Positions 45,489-46,724 of a DNA stretch of 46,724 nucleotides are shown piece by piece (within the stretch, counting starts at the first letter, position 1; every line of letters starts with the position of its first letter). A program made the position numbers and the translations under genes. Source of the stretch: a virus. Its lineage: Duplodnaviria; Heunggongvirae; Uroviricota; Caudoviricetes. The notes beneath the pieces are model-generated. The model had not been told where the DNA came from and made no database searches. It worked only from the letters and a program-made list of their open reading frames with translations. The stretch lies in the IMG/VR virus record IMGVR_UViG_2579778634_000020, one strand, 5' to 3'.

Positions 45489-46724
45489 ATGTCTAAATTA
45501 CCAACAGGTGTCGAGATTAGAGGTAGAAACATTCGCATCTGGTTCATGTTTCGAGGAAAACGATGTCGGGAAACATTAAAAGGCTGGGAGATTACAAACA
45601 GTAATATTAAAAAAGCCGGAAATTTAAGAGCGCTGATAGTTCATGAAATAAACTCCGGTGAATTTGAGTATTTAAGACGTTTTCCCCAGTCCAGCACTGG
45701 GGCAAAAATGGTGACAACGAGAGTCATAAAAACGTTCGGGGAGCTTTGTGATATCTGGACAAAAATTAAAGAGACAGAGTTAACAACAAACACAATGAAG
45801 AAAACGAAATCACAATTAAAAACACTCAGAATAATAATTTGTGAAAGTACCCCGATATCATATATTCGTTATAGCGATATCTTAAACTACCGGAATGAAC
45901 TGCTGCATGGAGAAACGCTTTACCTGGATAATCCAAGATCCAACAAAAAAGGAAGAACCGTGCGCACAGTTGATAACTATATCGCCCTGCTCTGTTCGCT
46001 GTTACGTTTTGCGTATCAGTCGGGATTTATATCAACCAAACCATTTGAAGGAGTAAAAAAATTACAGCGAAACAGAATAAAGCCTGACCCGTTATCTAAA
46101 ACAGAATTCAATGCATTAATGGAAAGTGAAAAAGGACAGAGCCAAAACTTGTGGAAATTTGCCGTTTACTCCGGGCTTCGTCACGGGGAACTGGCAGCTC
46201 TGGCGTGGGAGGATGTGGATTTCGAGAAGGGAATTGTGAATGTCAGAAGAAACCTGACGATACTTGATATGTTCGGTCCCCCAAAAACAAATGCCGGGAT
46301 CCGGACGGTAACATTACTACAGCCAGCTCTTGAAGCACTGAAGGAGCAATACAAACTGACCGGGCATCATCGCAAAAGCGAAATCACTTTTTATCATCGG
46401 GAGTACGGCAGAACCGAAAAGCAAAAACTGCATTTTGTTTTCATGCCCAGGATGTGTAACGGAAAACAGAAACCTTATTACTCGGTAAGCAGTTTGGGTG
46501 CGAGATGGAATGCAGCAGTAAAACGTGCTGGTATTCGCCGCCGTAATCCGTACCATACGCGACATACTTTTGCCTGCTGGCTGTTGACGGCAGGAGCGAA
46601 CCCGGCATTTATAGCCAGCCAGATGGGGCATGAAACTGCGCAGATGGTGTATGAAATTTACGGTATGTGGATTGATGACATGAACGACGAACAGGTAGCC
46701 ATGTTGAATGCGCGGTTATCATAG
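45489..46724 (+). CDS. int: Tyrosine integrase (lambda Int family)
   Basis: 411 aa; C-terminal catalytic region …RRNPYHTRHTFACWLLTAGANPAFIASQMGHETAQMVYEIYGMW… gives the H-x-x-R … H … Y signature. The stop codon is the last 3 bases of the window. Confidence 0.95.
   Translation: MSKLPTGVEIRGRNIRIWFMFRGKRCRETLKGWEITNSNIKKAGNLRALIVHEINSGEFEYLRRFPQSSTGAKMVTTRVIKTFGELCDIWTKIKETELTTNTMKKTKSQLKTLRIIICESTPISYIRYSDILNYRNELLHGETLYLDNPRSNKKGRTVRTVDNYIALLCSLLRFAYQSGFISTKPFEGVKKLQRNRIKPDPLSKTEFNALMESEKGQSQNLWKFAVYSGLRHGELAALAWEDVDFEKGIVNVRRNLTILDMFGPPKTNAGIRTVTLLQPALEALKEQYKLTGHHRKSEITFYHREYGRTEKQKLHFVFMPRMCNGKQKPYYSVSSLGARWNAAVKRAGIRRRNPYHTRHTFACWLLTAGANPAFIASQMGHETAQMVYEIYGMWIDDMNDEQVAMLNARLS

Overview
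The window is almost entirely one lambdoid prophage, read in reverse orientation, with the gene order and several proteins of the E. coli Rac prophage (trkG, recE, recT, ralR, kilR, racC recognised by sequence). All calls come from reading the supplied ORF translations and the DNA by eye; no database search or computation was run, and family assignments rest on recalled motifs and synteny. Minus strand, 550-31265: Tfa remnant, side tail fibre, lom, lambda-like tail genes J-I-K-L-M, tape measure, G/G-T with a programmed -1 frameshift site, major tail protein, neck proteins, major capsid, scaffold, Mu-F-like protein, portal, large and small terminase, a ParB-like plus GT-A-like gene pair, trkG, the Rz/Rz1-endolysin-holin lysis cassette, a membrane-protein cargo gene, a Q-like antiterminator, and YbcO-like and DUF1367-like proteins. 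Minus strand, 34959-38482: two unknown proteins, DnaC-like loader, O-like initiator, ydaT-like and ydaS-like. Plus strand, 38562-46724: racR-like repressor, ydaG, ydaF, kilR, ydaE, racC, recE, recT, ralR, ydaC, excisionase and integrase; the integrase stop codon is the last base of the window, so attL lies outside it. sieB-like (39566-40054) is the one minus-strand gene in this block. The most interesting region is an AT-rich island at 31.3-34.9 kb inserted antisense to the delayed-early operon: a HokD/RelF-like type I toxin gene and a tightly coupled two-gene plus-strand operon encoding an OLD-family-like ABC ATPase with a TOPRIM-like C-terminus followed by a C5-cytosine DNA methyltransferase. 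I know of no named defence system with this pairing, so it is the main candidate for something undescribed. No rRNA, tRNA or CRISPR array was seen.
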